Under the pieces are notes generated by a model. The model had not been told where the DNA came from. It worked only from the letters and a program-made list of their open reading frames with translations, and searched no databases. From the human T2T-CHM13v2.0 reference genome, Homo sapiens, in the NCBI RefSeq assembly GCF_009914755.1, contig NC_060928.1: DNA of 64,000 nt; one strand, 5' to 3'. Positions 37,001-51,344 of this stretch are shown here, piece after piece; position 1 is the first letter of the stretch; the number at the start of each line of letters is the position of its first letter. Both the position numbers and the translations under genes were made by a program.

Positions 37001-40000
37001 TTGATACAGCATTTTGGAAACACTCCTTTTGTAGAATCTGCAGGTGGATATTTGGATACCTTTGAAGATTTCGTTGGAAACCGGAATATCTTCATATAAA
37101 ATCAAGACAGAAGCATTCTCGGAAACATCTCTGTGATGTTTGCATTCAACTCAGTAGAGTTGAACACTTCCTTTCATAGAGCCGGTTTGAAACACTCTTT
37201 CTGCACTACCTGGAAGCGGACATTTCGAGCGCTTTGAGGCCTATGGTGAAAAAGGAAATATCTTCTCATAAAAACCAGAAAGAAGCATTCTCAGAAACTT
37301 CTTTGTGTTGTGTGTACTCAAGTAACAGTGTTGAACCTTCCTTTTGACACAGCAGTTTTGAAACACTCTTTTGGTAGAATCTGCAAGTGGATATTTGGAT
37401 AGCTTTGAGGATTTCGTTGGAAACGGGTTATCTTCATATAAAATCCAGACAGGAGCATTCTCAGAAACTTCTTTGTGCTGCATGTCCTCAATTCACAGAG
37501 CTGAACCTTTGTTTGGATACAGCATTTTGGAAACATTCCTTTAGTAGAATCTGCAAGTTGATATTTAGATAGCTTTGAAGATTTCGTTGGAAACGGGAAT
37601 ATCTTCATAGAAAATCTAGACGGAAGCATTCTCAGAAACTGCTTTGTGATGTTTGCATTCAAGTCACAGAGTTGAATATTCCCTTTTATAGAGTAGGTTT
37701 GAAACACTCTTTCGGCACTACCTGGAAGTGGATATTTCGAGCTCTTTGAGGCCTATGGTTAAAAGGAAATATCTTCCCATAAAAACTAGACAGAAGCCGT
37801 CTCAGAAACATGTTTGTGATGTGTGTATTCAACTAACAGAGTTGAACATTTCTGTTACAGAGCAATTTTAAAACACTCTTTTTGTGGAATCTGAAAGTGG
37901 ATAATTGGATAGCTTTGTGGATTTCGTTGGAAACGGGATGACGTATAAAATCTAGAGAGAAGCATTCTCAGGAACTTCTTTCTGATGTTTGCATTCAAGT
38001 CACAGAATTGAACATTCCTTTTCATAGTGCAGGTTTGAAACACTCTTTCTGTAGTATCTGGAAGTGGACATTTCAAGCGCTTTCAGGCCTACGGGGAGAA
38101 AGGAAATATCTTCAAATAAAAACTAGACAGAAGGATTCTCAGAAACTTATTTGTGATGTGTGTCCTAAACGAACACAGTTGAACCTTTGTTTTGATACAG
38201 CATTTTGGAAACACTCCTTTTGTAGGATCTGCAGGTGGATATTTGGATAGATTTTAAGATTTCGTTGGAAACGGGAGTTTCTTCATAGAAACTCAAGACA
38301 GATGCATTCTCAGAAACATCTCTGTGATGTTTGCATTCCACTCATAGAGTTGAAAACTTCCTTTCATAGAGCAGGTTTGAAACACTCTTTTTGTAATATT
38401 TGGAAGTGGACATTTGCAGCGCTTTGAGGCCTATGGTGAAAAAGGAAATATCTTCTCATAAAAACCAGAAACAAGCATTCTCAGAAACTGCTTTTTGATG
38501 TGTGTACTCAAGTAACAGAGTTGAACCTTCCTTTTGACACAGCAGTTTTGAAACAATCTTTTTGTAGAATCTGCAAGTGGATATTTGGATAGCTTTGAGG
38601 ATTTCGTTGGAAACGGGATATCTTCATATAAAATCTAGACAGAAGCATTCTCAGAAACTTCTTTGTGCTGTATGTCCTCAATTAACAGAGTTGAACCATT
38701 GCTTGGATACAGCATTTTGGAAACATTCCTTGAGTAGAATCTGCAAGTTGATATTTAGATAGATTTGAAGATTTCGTTGGAAAAGGGAATATCTCCATAT
38801 AAAATCTAGAGGGAAGCATTCTCAGAAACTGCTTTGTGATGTTTCCATTCAAGTCACAGAGTTGAATATTCCCTTTTATAGAGCACGTTTGAAACACTCT
38901 TTCTGCACTATCTGGAAGTGGACATTTCGAGCGCTTTGAGGCCTATGGTGAAAAAGGAAATATCTTCCCATAAAAACTAGACAGAAGCATTCTCAGAAAC
39001 TTGTTTGTGATGTGTGTATTCAACTAACAGAGTTGAACTTATGTTTTTACAGAGCCGTTTTAAAACACTCTTTTTGTGGAATCAGAAAGTGGATATTCGG
39101 ATGGCTCTGAGGATTTCATTGGAAGCGGGATTACATATAAAATCTAGAGAGAAGCATTCTCAGGAACTTCTTTGTGATGTTTGCATTGAAGTCACAGAAT
39201 TGAACATTCACTTTGATAGAGCAGGTTTGAAACACTCATTCTGTAGTATCTGGAAGTGGACATTTCAAGCGCTTTCAGGCCTATGGTGAGAAAGGAAATA
39301 TCTTCGAATAAAAACTAGACAGAAGCATCCTCAGAAACTTATTTGTGATGTGTGTCCTCAACTAACAGAGTTGAAACTTTGTTTTGATACAGCATTTTGG
39401 AAACACTCTTTTTGTAGAATCTGCAGGTGGATATTTGGATAGCTTAGAGGGATTCGTTGGAAAGGGGATATCTTCATATAAAATCTAGACAGAAGCATTC
39501 TCAGAAACCTATTTGTGATGTGTGTCCTCAACTAACAGAGTTGAACCTTGGTTTTGATACAGCATTTTGGAAACACTCCTTTTGTAGAATCTGCAGGTGG
39601 ATATGTGGATAGCTCTGAAGATTTCGTTGGAAACGGGAATTTCTTCATATAAAATCAAACAGAAGCATTCTCAGAAACTTCTCAGTGATGTTTGCATTCA
39701 GCTCATGGAGTTGAACACTTCCTTTCATAGAGCCGGTTTGAAACACTCTTTCTGCACTACCTGGAAGAGGACATTTCGAGCGCTTTGAGTCCTATGGTGA
39801 AAAAGGAAATATCTTCTCATAAAAACCAGAAAGAAGCATTCTCAGAAACTTCTTTGTGTTGTGTGTACTCATGTAACAGTGTTGAACCATCCTTTTGACA
39901 GAGCAGTTTTGAAACACTCTTTTTGTAGAATCTGCAAGTGGATATTTGGATAGCTTTGAGGATTTCGTTGGAAACGGGATGACATATAATATCTAGAGAG

Positions 40001-43000
40001 AAGCATTCTCAGGAACTTCTTTGTGATGTTTGCATTCAAGTCACAGAATTGAACATTCCCTTTCATAGAGCAGGTTTGAAACACTCTTTCTCTAGTATCT
40101 GGAAGTGGGCATTTCAAGCGCTTTCAGGCCTATGGAGAGAAAGGAAATACCTTCAAATAAAAACTAGACAGAAGCATTCTCAGAAACTTATTTGTGATGT
40201 GTGTCCTCAACTAACAGAGTTGAACCTTTGTTTTGATACAGCATTTTGGAAACACTCCTTTTGTAGAATCTGCAGGTGGATATTTGGATACCTTTGAAGA
40301 TTTCGTTGGAAACCGGAATATCTTCATATAAAATCAAGACAGAAGCATTCTCGGAAACATCTCTGTGATGTTTGCATTCAACTCAGTAGAGTTGAACACT
40401 TCCTTTCATTGAGCAGGTTTGAAACACTCTTTCTGCACTACCTGGAAGCGGACATTTCGAGCGCTTTGAGGCCTATGGTGAAAAAGGAAATATCTTCTCA
40501 TAAAAACCAGAAAGAAGCATTCTCAGAAACTTCTTTGTGTTGTGTGTACTCAAGTAACAGTGTTGAACCTTCCTTTTGACACAGCAGTTTTGAAACACTC
40601 TTTTGGTAGAATCTGCAAGTGGATATTTGGATAGCTTTGAGGATTTCGTTGGAAACGGGTTATCTTCATATAAAATCCAGACAGGAGCATTCTCAGAAAC
40701 TTCTTTGTGCTGCATGTCCTCAATTCACAGAGCTGAACCTTTGTTTGGATACAGCATTTTGGAAACATTCCTTTAGTAGAATCTGCAAGTTGATATTTAG
40801 ATAGCTTTGAAGATTTCGTTGGAAACGGGAATATCTTCATAGAAAATCTAGACGGAAGCATTCTCAGAAACTGCTTTGTGATGTTTGCATTCAAGTCACA
40901 GAGTTGAATATTCCCTTTTATAGAGTAGGTTTGAAACACTCTTTCGGCACTACCTGGAAGTGGATATTTCGAGCTCTTTGAGGCCTATGGTTAAAAGGAA
41001 ATATCTTCCCATAAAAACTAGACAGAAGCCGTCTCAGAAACTTGTTTGTGATGTGTGTATTCAACTAACAGAGTTGAACATTTCTGTTACAGAGCAATTT
41101 GAAAACACTCTTTTTGTGGAATCTGAAAGTGGATAATTGGATAGCTTTGTGGATTTCGTTGGAAACGGGATGACGTATAAAATCTAGAGAGAAGCATTCT
41201 CAGGAACTTCTTTCTGATGTTTGCATTCAAGTCACAGAATTGAACATTCCTTTTCATAGTGCAGGTTTGAAACACTCTTTCTGTAGTATCTGGAAGTGGA
41301 CATTTCAAGCGCTTTCAGGCCTACGGGGAGAAAGGAAATATCTTCAAATAAAAACTAGACAGAAGGATTCTCAGAAACTTATTTGTGATGTGTGTCCTAA
41401 ACGAACACAGTTGAACCTTTGTTTTGATACAGCATTTTGGAAACACTCCTTTTGTAGGATCTGCAGGTGGATATTTGGATAGATTTTAAGATTTCGTTGG
41501 AAACGGGAGTTTCTTCATAGAAACTCAAGACAGATGCATTCTCAGAAACATCTCTGTGATGTTTGCATTCCACTCATAGAGTTGAAAACTTCCTTTCATA
41601 GAGCAGGTTTGAAACACTCTTTTTGTAATATTTGGAAGTGGACATTTGCAGCGCTTTGAGGCCTATGGTGAAAAAGGAAATATCTTCTCATAAAAACCAG
41701 AAACAAGCATTCTCAGAAACTGCTTTTTGATGTGTGTACTCAAGTAACAGAGTTGAACCTTCCTTTTGACACAGCAGTTTTGAAACAATCTTTTTGTAGA
41801 ATCTGCAAGTGGATATTTGGATAGCTTTGAGGATTTCGTTGGAAACGGGATATCTTCATATAAAATCTAGACAGAAGCATTCTCAGAAACTTCTTTGTGC
41901 TGTATGTCCTCAATTAACAGAGTTGAACCATTGCTTGGATACAGCATTTTGGAAACATTCCTTGAGTAGAATCTGCAAGTTGATATTTAGATAGATTTGA
42001 AGATTTCGTTGGAAAAGGGAATATCTCCATATAAAATCTAGAGGGAAGCATTCTCAGAAACTGCTTTGTGATGTTTCCATTCAAGTCACAGAGTTGAATA
42101 TTCCCTTTTATAGAGCACGTTTGAAACACTCTTTCTGCACTATCTGGAAGTGGACATTTCGAGCGCTTTGAGGCCTATGGTGAAAAAGGAAATATCTTCC
42201 CATAAAAACTAGACAGAAGCATTCTCAGAAACTTGTTTGTGATGTGTGTATTCAACTAACAGAGTTGAACTTATGTTTTTACAGAGCCGTTTTAAAACAC
42301 TCTTTTTGTGGAATCAGAAAGTGGATATTCGGATGGCTCTGAGGATTTCATTGGAAGCGGGATTACATATAAAATCTAGAGAGAAGCATTCTCAGGAACT
42401 TCTTTGTGATGTTTGCATTGAAGTCACAGAATTGAACATTCACTTTGATAGAGCAGGTTTGAAACACTCATTCTGTAGTATCTGGAAGTGGACATTTCAA
42501 GCGCTTTCAGGCCTATGGTGAGAAAGGAAATATCTTCGAATAAAAACTAGACAGAAGCATCCTCAGAAACTTATTTGTGATGTGTGTCCTCAACTAACAG
42601 AGTTGAAACTTTGTTTTGATACAGCATTTTGGAAACACTCTTTTTGTAGAATCTGCAGGTGGATATTTGGATAGCTTAGAGGGATTCGTTGGAAAGGGGA
42701 TATCTTCATATAAAATCTAGACAGAAGCATTCTCAGAAACTTATTTGTGATGTGTGTCCTCAACTAACAGAGTTGAACCTTGGTTTTGATACAGCATTTT
42801 GGAAACACTCCTTTTGTAGAATCTGCAGGTGGATATGTGGATAGCTCTGAAGATTTCGTTGGAAACGGGAATTTCTTCATATAAAATCAAACAGAAGCAT
42901 TCTCAGAAACTTCTCAGTGATGTTTGCATTCAGCTCATGGAGTTGAACACTTCCTTTCATAGAGCCGGTTTGAAACACTCTTTCTGCACTACCTGGAAGA

Positions 43001-44202
43001 GGACATTTCGAGCGCTTTGAGTCCTATGGTGAAAAAGGAAATATCTTCTCATAAAAACCAGAAAGAAGCATTCTCAGAAACTTCTTTGTGTTGTGTGTAC
43101 TCATGTAACAGTGTTGAACCATCCTTTTGACAGAGCAGTTTTGAAACACTCTTTTTGTAGAATCTGCAAGTGGATATTTGGATAGCTTTGAGGATTTCGT
43201 TGGAAACGGGATGACATATAATATCTAGAGAGAAGCATTCTCAGGAACTTCTTTGTGATGTTTGCATTCAAGTCACAGAATTGAACATTCCCTTTCATAG
43301 AGCAGGTTTGAAACACTCTTTCTCTAGTATCTGGAAGTGGGCATTTCAAGCGCTTTCAGGCCTATGGAGAGAAAGGAAATACCTTCAAATAAAAACTAGA
43401 CAGAAGCATTCTCAGAAACTTATTTGTGATGTGTGTCCTCAACTAACAGAGTTGAACCTTTGTTTTGATACAGCATTTTGGAAACACTCCTTTTGTAGAA
43501 TCTGCAGGTGGATATTTGGATACCTTTGAAGATTTCGTTGGAAACCGGAATATCTTCATATAAAATCAAGACAGAAGCATTCTCGGAAACATCTCTGTGA
43601 TGTTTGCATTCAACTCAGTAGAGTTGAACACTTCCTTTCATTGAGCAGGTTTTAAACACTCTTTCAGCACTACCTGGAAGCGGACATTTCGAGCGCTTTG
43701 AGGCCTATGGTGAAAAAGGAAATATCTTCTCATAAAAACCAGAAAGAAGCATTCTCAGAAACTTCTTTGTGTTGTGTGTACTCAAGTAACAGTGTTGAAC
43801 CTTCCTTTTGACACAGCAGTTTTGAAACACTCTTTTGGTAGAATCTGCAAGTGGATATTTGGATAGCTTTGAGGATTTCGTTGGAAACGGGTTATCTTCA
43901 TATAAAATCCAGACAGGAGCATTCTCAGAAACTTCTTTGTGCTGCATGTCCTCAATTCACAGAGCTGAACCTTTGTTTGGATACAGCATTTTGGAAACAT
44001 TCCTTTAGTAGAATCTGCAAGTTGATATTTAGATAGCTTTGAAGATTTCGTTGGAAACGGGAATATCTTCATAGAAAATCTAGACGGAAGCATTCTCAGA
44101 AACTGCTTTGTGATGTTTGCATTCAAGTCACAGAGTTGAATATTCCCTTTTATAGAGTAGGTTTGAAACACTCTTTCGGCACTACCTGGAAGTGGATATT
44201 TC
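28043..44202 (+). repeat. Five tandem 19-mer HORs (3232 bp each)
   Basis: Anchors at 28043, 31275, 34507, 37739, 40971 and 44203. Confidence 0.93.
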
Positions 44203-45561
44203 GAGCTCTTTGAGGCCTATGGTTAAAAGGAAATATCTTCCCATAAAAACTAGACAGAAGCCGTCTCAGAAACTTGTTTGTGATGTGTGTATTCAACTAA
44301 CAGAGTTGAACATTTCTGTTACAGAGCAATTTTAAAACACTCTTTTTGTGGAATCTGAAAGTGGATAATTGGATAGCTTTGTGGATTTCGTTGGAAACGG
44401 GATGACGTATAAAATCTAGATAGAAGCATTCTCAGGAACTTCTTTCTGATGTTTGCATTCAAGTCACAGAATTGAACATTCCTTTTCATAGTGCAGGTTT
44501 GAAACACTCTTTCTGTAGTATCTGGAAGTGGACATTTCAAGCGCTTTCAGGCCTATGGTGAGAAAGAAAATATCTTCGAATAAAAACTAGACAGAAGCAT
44601 CCTCAGAAACTTATTTGTGATGTGTGTCCTCAACTAACAGAGTTGAAACTTTGTTTTGATACAGCATTTTGGAAACACTCTTTTTGTAGAATCTGCAGGT
44701 GGATATTTGGATAGCTTAGAGGGATTCGTTGGAAAGGGGATATCTTCATATAAAATCTAGACAGAAGCATTCTCAGAAACTTATTTGTGATGTGTGTCCT
44801 CAACTAACAGAGTTGAACCTTGGTTTTGATACAGCATTTTGGAAACACTCCTTTTGTAGAATCTGCAGGTGGATATGTGGATAGCTCTGAAGATTTCGTT
44901 GGAAACGGGAATTTCTTCATATAAAATCAAACAGAAGCATTCTCAGAAACTTCTCAGTGATGTTTGCATTCAGCTCATGGAGTTGAACACTTCCTTTCAT
45001 AGAGCCGGTTTGAAACACTCTTTCTGCACTACCTGGAAGAGGACATTTCGAGCGCTTTGACTCCTATGGTGAAAAAGGAAATATCTTCTCATAAAAACCA
45101 GAAAGAAGCATTCTCAGAAACTTCTTTGTGTTGTGTGTACTCAAGTAACAGTGTTGAACCTTCCTTTTGACACAGCAGTTTTGAAACACTCTTTTTGTAG
45201 AATCTGCAAGTGGATATTTGGATAGCTTTGAGGATTTCGTTGGAAACGGGTTATCTTCATATAAAATCCAGACAGGAGCATTCTCAGAAACTTCTTTGTG
45301 CTGCATGTCCTCAATTCACAGAGCTGAACCTTGGTTTGGATACAGCATTTTGGAAACATTCCTTTAGTAGAATCTGCAAGTTGATATTTAGATAGCTTTG
45401 AAGATTTCGTTGGAAACGGGAATATCTTCATAGAAAATCTAGACGGAAGCATTCTCAGAAACTGCTTTGTGATGTTTGCATTCAAGTCACAGAGTTGAAT
45501 ATTCCCTTTTATAGAGTAGGTTTGAAACACTCTTTCGGCACTACCTGGAAGTGGATATTTC
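44203..45561 (+). repeat. 8-mer HOR variant (1359 bp), third copy
   Basis: c/j junction at 44511-44555; p-s absent. Confidence 0.9.
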
Positions 45562-48112
45562 GAGCTCTTTGAGGCCTATGGTTAAAAGGAAATATCTTCC
45601 CATAAAAACTAGACAGAAGCCGTCTCAGAAACTTGTTTGTGATGTGTGTATTCAACTACCAGAGTTGAACATTTCTGTTACAGAGCAATTTTAAAACACT
45701 CTTTTTGTGGAATCTGAAAGTGGATAATTGGATAGCTTTGTGGATTTCGTTGGAAACGGGATGACGTATAAAATCTAGAGAGAAGCATTCTCAGGAACTT
45801 CTTTCTGATGTTTGCATTCAAGTCACAGAATTGAACATTCCTTTTCATAGTGCAGGTTTGAAACACTCTTTCTGTAGTATCTGGAAGTGGACATTTCAAG
45901 CGCTTTCAGGCCTACGGGGAGAAAGGAAATATCTTCAAATAAAAACTAGACAGAAGGATTCTCAGAAACTTATTTGTGATGTGTGTCCTAAACGAACACA
46001 GTTGAACCTTTGTTTTGATACAGCATTTTGGAAACACTCCTTTTGTAGGATCTGCAGGTGGATATTTGGATAGATTTTAAGATTTCGTTGGAAACGGGAG
46101 TTTCTTCATAGAAACTCAAGACAGATGCATTCTCAGAAACATCTCTGTGATGTTTGCATTCCACTCATAGAGTTGAAAACTTCCTTTCATAGAGCAGGTT
46201 TGAAACACTCTTTTTGTAATATTTGGAAGTGGACATTTGCAGCGCTTTGAGGCCTATGGTGAAAAAGGAAATATCTTCTCATAAAAACCAGAAACAAGCA
46301 TTCTCAGAAACTTCTTTTTGATGTGTGTACTCAAGTAACAGAGTTGAACCTTCCTTTTGACACAGCAGTTTTGAAACAATCTTTTTGTAGAATCTGCAAG
46401 TGGATATTTGGATAGCTTTGAGGATTTCGTTGGAAACGGGATATCTTCATATAAAATCTAGACAGAAGCATTCTCAGAAACTTCTTTGTGCTGTATGTCC
46501 TCAATTAACAGAGTTGAACCATTGCTTGGATACAGCATTTTGGAAACATTCCTTGAGTAGAATCTGCAAGTTGATATTTAGATAGATTTGAAGATTTCGT
46601 TGGAAAAGGGAATATCTCCATATAAAATCTAGAGGGAAGCATTCTCAGAAACTGCTTTGTGATGTTTCCATTCAAGTCACAGAGTTGAATATTCCCTTTT
46701 ATAGAGCACGTTTGAAACACTCTTTCTGCACTATCTGGAAGTGGACATTTCGAGCGCTTTGAGGCCTATGGTGAAAAAGGAAATATCTTCCCATAAAAAC
46801 TAGACAGAAGCATTCTCAGAAACTTGTTTGTGATGTGTGTATTCAACTAACAGAGTTGAACTTTTGTTTTTACAGAGCCGTTTTAAAACACTCTTTTTGT
46901 GGAATCAGAAAGTGGATATTTGGATGGCTCTGAGGATTTCGTTGGAAGCGGGATTACATATAAAATCTAGAGAGAAGCATTCTCAGGAACTTCTTTGTGA
47001 TGTTTGCATTGAAGTCACAGAATTGAACATTCACTTTGATAGAGCAGGTTTGAAACACTCATTCTGTAGTATCTGGAAGTGGACATTTCAAGCGCTTTCA
47101 GGCCTATGGTGAGAAAGGAAATATCTTCGAATAAAAACTAGACAGAAGCATCCTCAGAAACTTATTTGTGATGTGTGTCCTCAACTAACAGAGTTGAAAC
47201 TTTGTTTTGATACAGCATTTTGGAAACACTCTTTTTGTAGAATCTGCAGGTGGATATTTGGATAGCTTAGAGGGATTCGTTGGAAAGGGGATATCTTCAT
47301 ATAAAATCTAGACAGAAGCATTCTCAGAAACTTATTTGTGATGTGTGTCCTCAACTAACAGAGTTGAACCTTGGTTTTGATACAGCATTTTGGAAACACT
47401 CCTTTTGTAGAATCTGCAGGTGGATATGTGGATAGCTCTGAAGATTTCGTTGGAAACGGGAATTTCTTCATATAAAATCAAACAGAAGCATTCTCAGAAA
47501 CTTCTCAGTGATGTTTGCATTCAGCTCATGGAGTTGAACACTTCCTTTCATAGAGCCGGTTTGAAACACTCTTTCTGCACTACCTGGAAGAGGACATTTC
47601 GAGCGCTTTGACTCCTATGGTGAAAAAGGAAATATCTTCTCATAAAAACCAGAAAGAAGCATTCTCAGAAACTTCTTTGTGTTGTGTGTACTCAAGTAAC
47701 AGTGTTGAACCTTCCTTTTGACACAGCAGTTTTGAAACACTCTTTTGGTAGAATCTGCAAGTGGATATTTGGATAGCTTTGAGGATTTCGTTGGAAACGG
47801 GTTATCTTCATATAAAATCCAGACAGGAGCATTCTCAGAAACTTCTTTGTGCTGCATGTCCTCAATTCACAGAGCTGAACCTTTGTTTGGATACAGCATT
47901 TTGGAAACATTCCTTTAGTAGAATCTGCAAGTTGATATTTAGATAGCTTTGAAGATTTCGTTGGAAACGGGAATATCTTCATAGAAAATCTAGACGGAAG
48001 CATTCTCAGAAACTGCTTTGTGATGTTTGCATTCAAGTCACAGAGTTGAATATTCCCTTTTATAGAGTAGGTTTGAAACACTCTTTCGGCACTACCTGGA
48101 AGTGGATATTTC
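45562..48112 (+). repeat. 15-mer HOR (2551 bp)
   Basis: Anchor spacing 2551; p-s absent. Confidence 0.9.
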
Positions 48113-51100
48113 GAGCTCTTTGAGGCCTATGGTTAAAAGGAAATATCTTCCCATAAAAACTAGACAGAAGCCGTCTCAGAAACTTGTTTGTGATATGTGT
48201 ATTCAACTAACAGAGTTGAACATTTCTGTTACAGAGCAATTTTAAAACACTCTTTTTGTGGAATCTGAAAGTGGATAATTGGATAGCTTTGTGGATTTCG
48301 TTGGAAACGGGATGACGTATAAAATCTAGAGAGAAGCATTCTCAGGAACTTCTTTCTGATGTTTGCATTCAAGTCACAGAATTGAACATTCCTTTTCATA
48401 GTGCAGGTTTGAAACACTCTTTCTGTAGTATCTGGAAGTGGACATTTCAAGCGCTTTCAGGCCTACGGGGAGAAAGGAAATATCTTCAAATAAAAACTAG
48501 ACAGAAGGATTCTCAGAAACTTATTTGTGATGTGTGTCCTAAACGAACACAGTTGAACCTTTGTTTTGATACAGCATTTTGGAAACACTCCTTTTGTAGG
48601 ATCTGCAGGTGGATATTTGGATAGATTTTAAGATTTCGTTGGAAACGGGAGTTTCTTCATAGAAACTCAAGACAGATGCATTCTCAGAAACATCTCTGTG
48701 ATGTTTGCATTCCACTCATAGAGTTGAAAACTTCCTTTCATAGAGCAGGTTTGAAACACTCTTTTTGTAATATTTGGAAGTGGACATTTGCAGCGCTTTG
48801 AGGCCTATGGTGAAAAAGGAAATATCTTCTCATAAAAACCAGAAACAAGCATTCTCAGAAACTTCTTTTTGATGTGTGTACTCAAGTAACAGAGTTGAAC
48901 CTTCCTTTTGACACAGCAGTTTTGAAACAATCTTTTTGTAGAATCTGCAAGTGGATATTTGGATAGCTTTGAGGATTTCGTTGGAAACGGGATATCTTCA
49001 TATAAAATCTAGACAGAAGCATTCTCAGAAACTTCTTTGTGCTGTATGTCCTCAATTAACAGAGTTGAACCATTGCTTGGATACAGCATTTTGGAAACAT
49101 TCCTTGAGTAGAATCTGCAAGTTGATATTTAGATAGATTTGAAGATTTCGTTGGAAAAGGGAATATCTCCATATAAAATCTAGAGGGAAGCATTCTCAGA
49201 AACTGCTTTGTGATGTTTCCATTCAAGTCACAGAGTTGAATATTCCCTTTTATAGAGCACGTTTGAAACACTCTTTCTGCACTATCTGGAAGTGGACATT
49301 TCGAGCGCTTTGAGGCCTATGGTGAAAAAGGAAATATCTTCCCATAAAAACTAGACAGAAGCATTCTCAGAAACTTGTTTGTGATGTGTGTATTCAACTA
49401 ACAGAGTTGAACTTTTGTTTTTACAGAGCCGTTTTAAAACACTCTTTTTGTGGAATCAGAAAGTGGATATTCGGATGGCTCTGAGGATTTCGTTGGAAGC
49501 GGGATTACATATAAAATCTAGAGAGAAGCATTCTCAGGAACTTCTTTGTGATGTTTGCATTGAAGTCACAGAATTGAACATTCACTTTGATAGAGCAGGT
49601 TTGAAACACTCATTCTGTAGTATCTGGAAGTGGACATTTCAAGCGCTTTCAGGCCTATGGTGAGAAAGGAAATATCTTCGAATAAAAACTAGACAGAAGC
49701 ATCCTCAGAAACTTATTTGTGATGTGTGTCCTCAACTAACAGAGTTGAAACTTTGTTTTGATACAGCATTTTGGAAACACTCTTTTTGTAGAATCTGCAG
49801 GTGGATATTTGGATAGCTTAGAGGGATTCGTTGGAAAGGGGATATCTTCATATAAAATCTAGACAGAAGCATTCTCAGAAACTTATTTGTGATGTGTGTC
49901 CTCAACTAACAGAGTTGAACCTTGGTTTTGATACAGCATTTTGGAAACACTCCTTTTGTAGAATCTGCAGGTGGATATGTGGATAGCTCTGAAGATTTCG
50001 TTGGAAACGGGAATTTCTTCATATAAAATCAAACAGAAGCATTCTCAGAAACTTCTCAGTGATGTTTGCATTCAGCTCATGGAGTTGAACACTTCCTTTC
50101 ATAGAGCCGGTTTGAAACACTCTTTCTGCACTACCTGGAAGAGGACATTTCGAGCGCTTTGAGTCCTATGGTGAAAAAGGAAATATCTTCTCATAAAAAC
50201 CAGAAAGAAGCATTCTCAGAAACTTCTTTGTGTTGTGTGTACTCATGTAACAGTGTTGAACCATCCTTTTGACAGAGCAGTTTTGAAACACTCTTTTTGT
50301 AGAATCTGCAAGTGGATATTTGGATAGCTTTGAGGATTTCGTTGGAAACGGGATGACATATAATATCTAGAGAGAAGCATTCTCAGGAACTTCTTTGTGA
50401 TGTTTGCATTCAAGTCACAGAATTGAACATTCCCTTTCATAGAGCAGGTTTGAAACACTCTTTCTCTAGTATCTGGAAGTGGGCATTTCAAGCGCTTTCA
50501 GGCCTATGGAGAGAAAGGAAATACCTTCAAATAAAAACTAGACAGAAGCATTCTCAGAAACTTATTTGTGATGTGTGTCCTCAACTAACAGAGTTGAACC
50601 TTTGTTTTGATACAGCATTTTGGAAACACTCCTTTTGTAGAATCTGCAGGTGGATATTTGGATACCTTTGAAGATTTCGTTGGAAACCGGAATATCTTCA
50701 TATAAAATCAAGACAGAAGCATTCTCGGAAACATCTCTGTGATGTTTGCATTCAACTCAGTAGAGTTGAACACTTCCTTTCATAGAGCCGGTTTGAAACA
50801 CTCTTTCTGCACTACCTGGAAGCGGACATTTCGAGCGCTTTGAGGCCTATGGTGAAAAAGGAAATATCTTCTCATAAAAACCAGAAAGAAGCATTCTCAG
50901 AAACTTCTTTGTGTTGTGTGTACTCAAGTAACAGTGTTGAACCTTCCTTTTGACACAGCAGTTTTGAAACACTCTTTTGGTAGAATCTGCAAGTGGATAT
51001 TTGGATAGCTTTGAGGATTTCGCTGGAAACGGGTTGTCTTCATATAAAATCCAGACAGGAGCATTCTCAGAAACTTCTTTGTGCTGCATGTCCTCAATTC

Positions 51101-51344
51101 ACAGAGCTGAACCTTTGTTTAGATACAGCATTTTGGAAACATTCCTTTAGTAGAATCTGCAAGTTGATATTTAGATAGCTTTGAAGATTTCGTTGGAAAC
51201 GGGAATATCTTCATAGAAAATCTAGACGGAAGCATTCTCAGAAACTGCTTTGTGATGTTTGCATTCAAGTCACAGAGTTGAATATTCCCTTTTATAGAGT
51301 AGGTTTGAAACACTCTTTTGGCACTACCTGGAAGTGGATATTTC
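48113..51344 (+). repeat. Isolated 19-mer HOR (3232 bp) among 15-mers
   Basis: Anchor spacing 3232; the p-s module lies at about 50211-50891. Confidence 0.9.
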
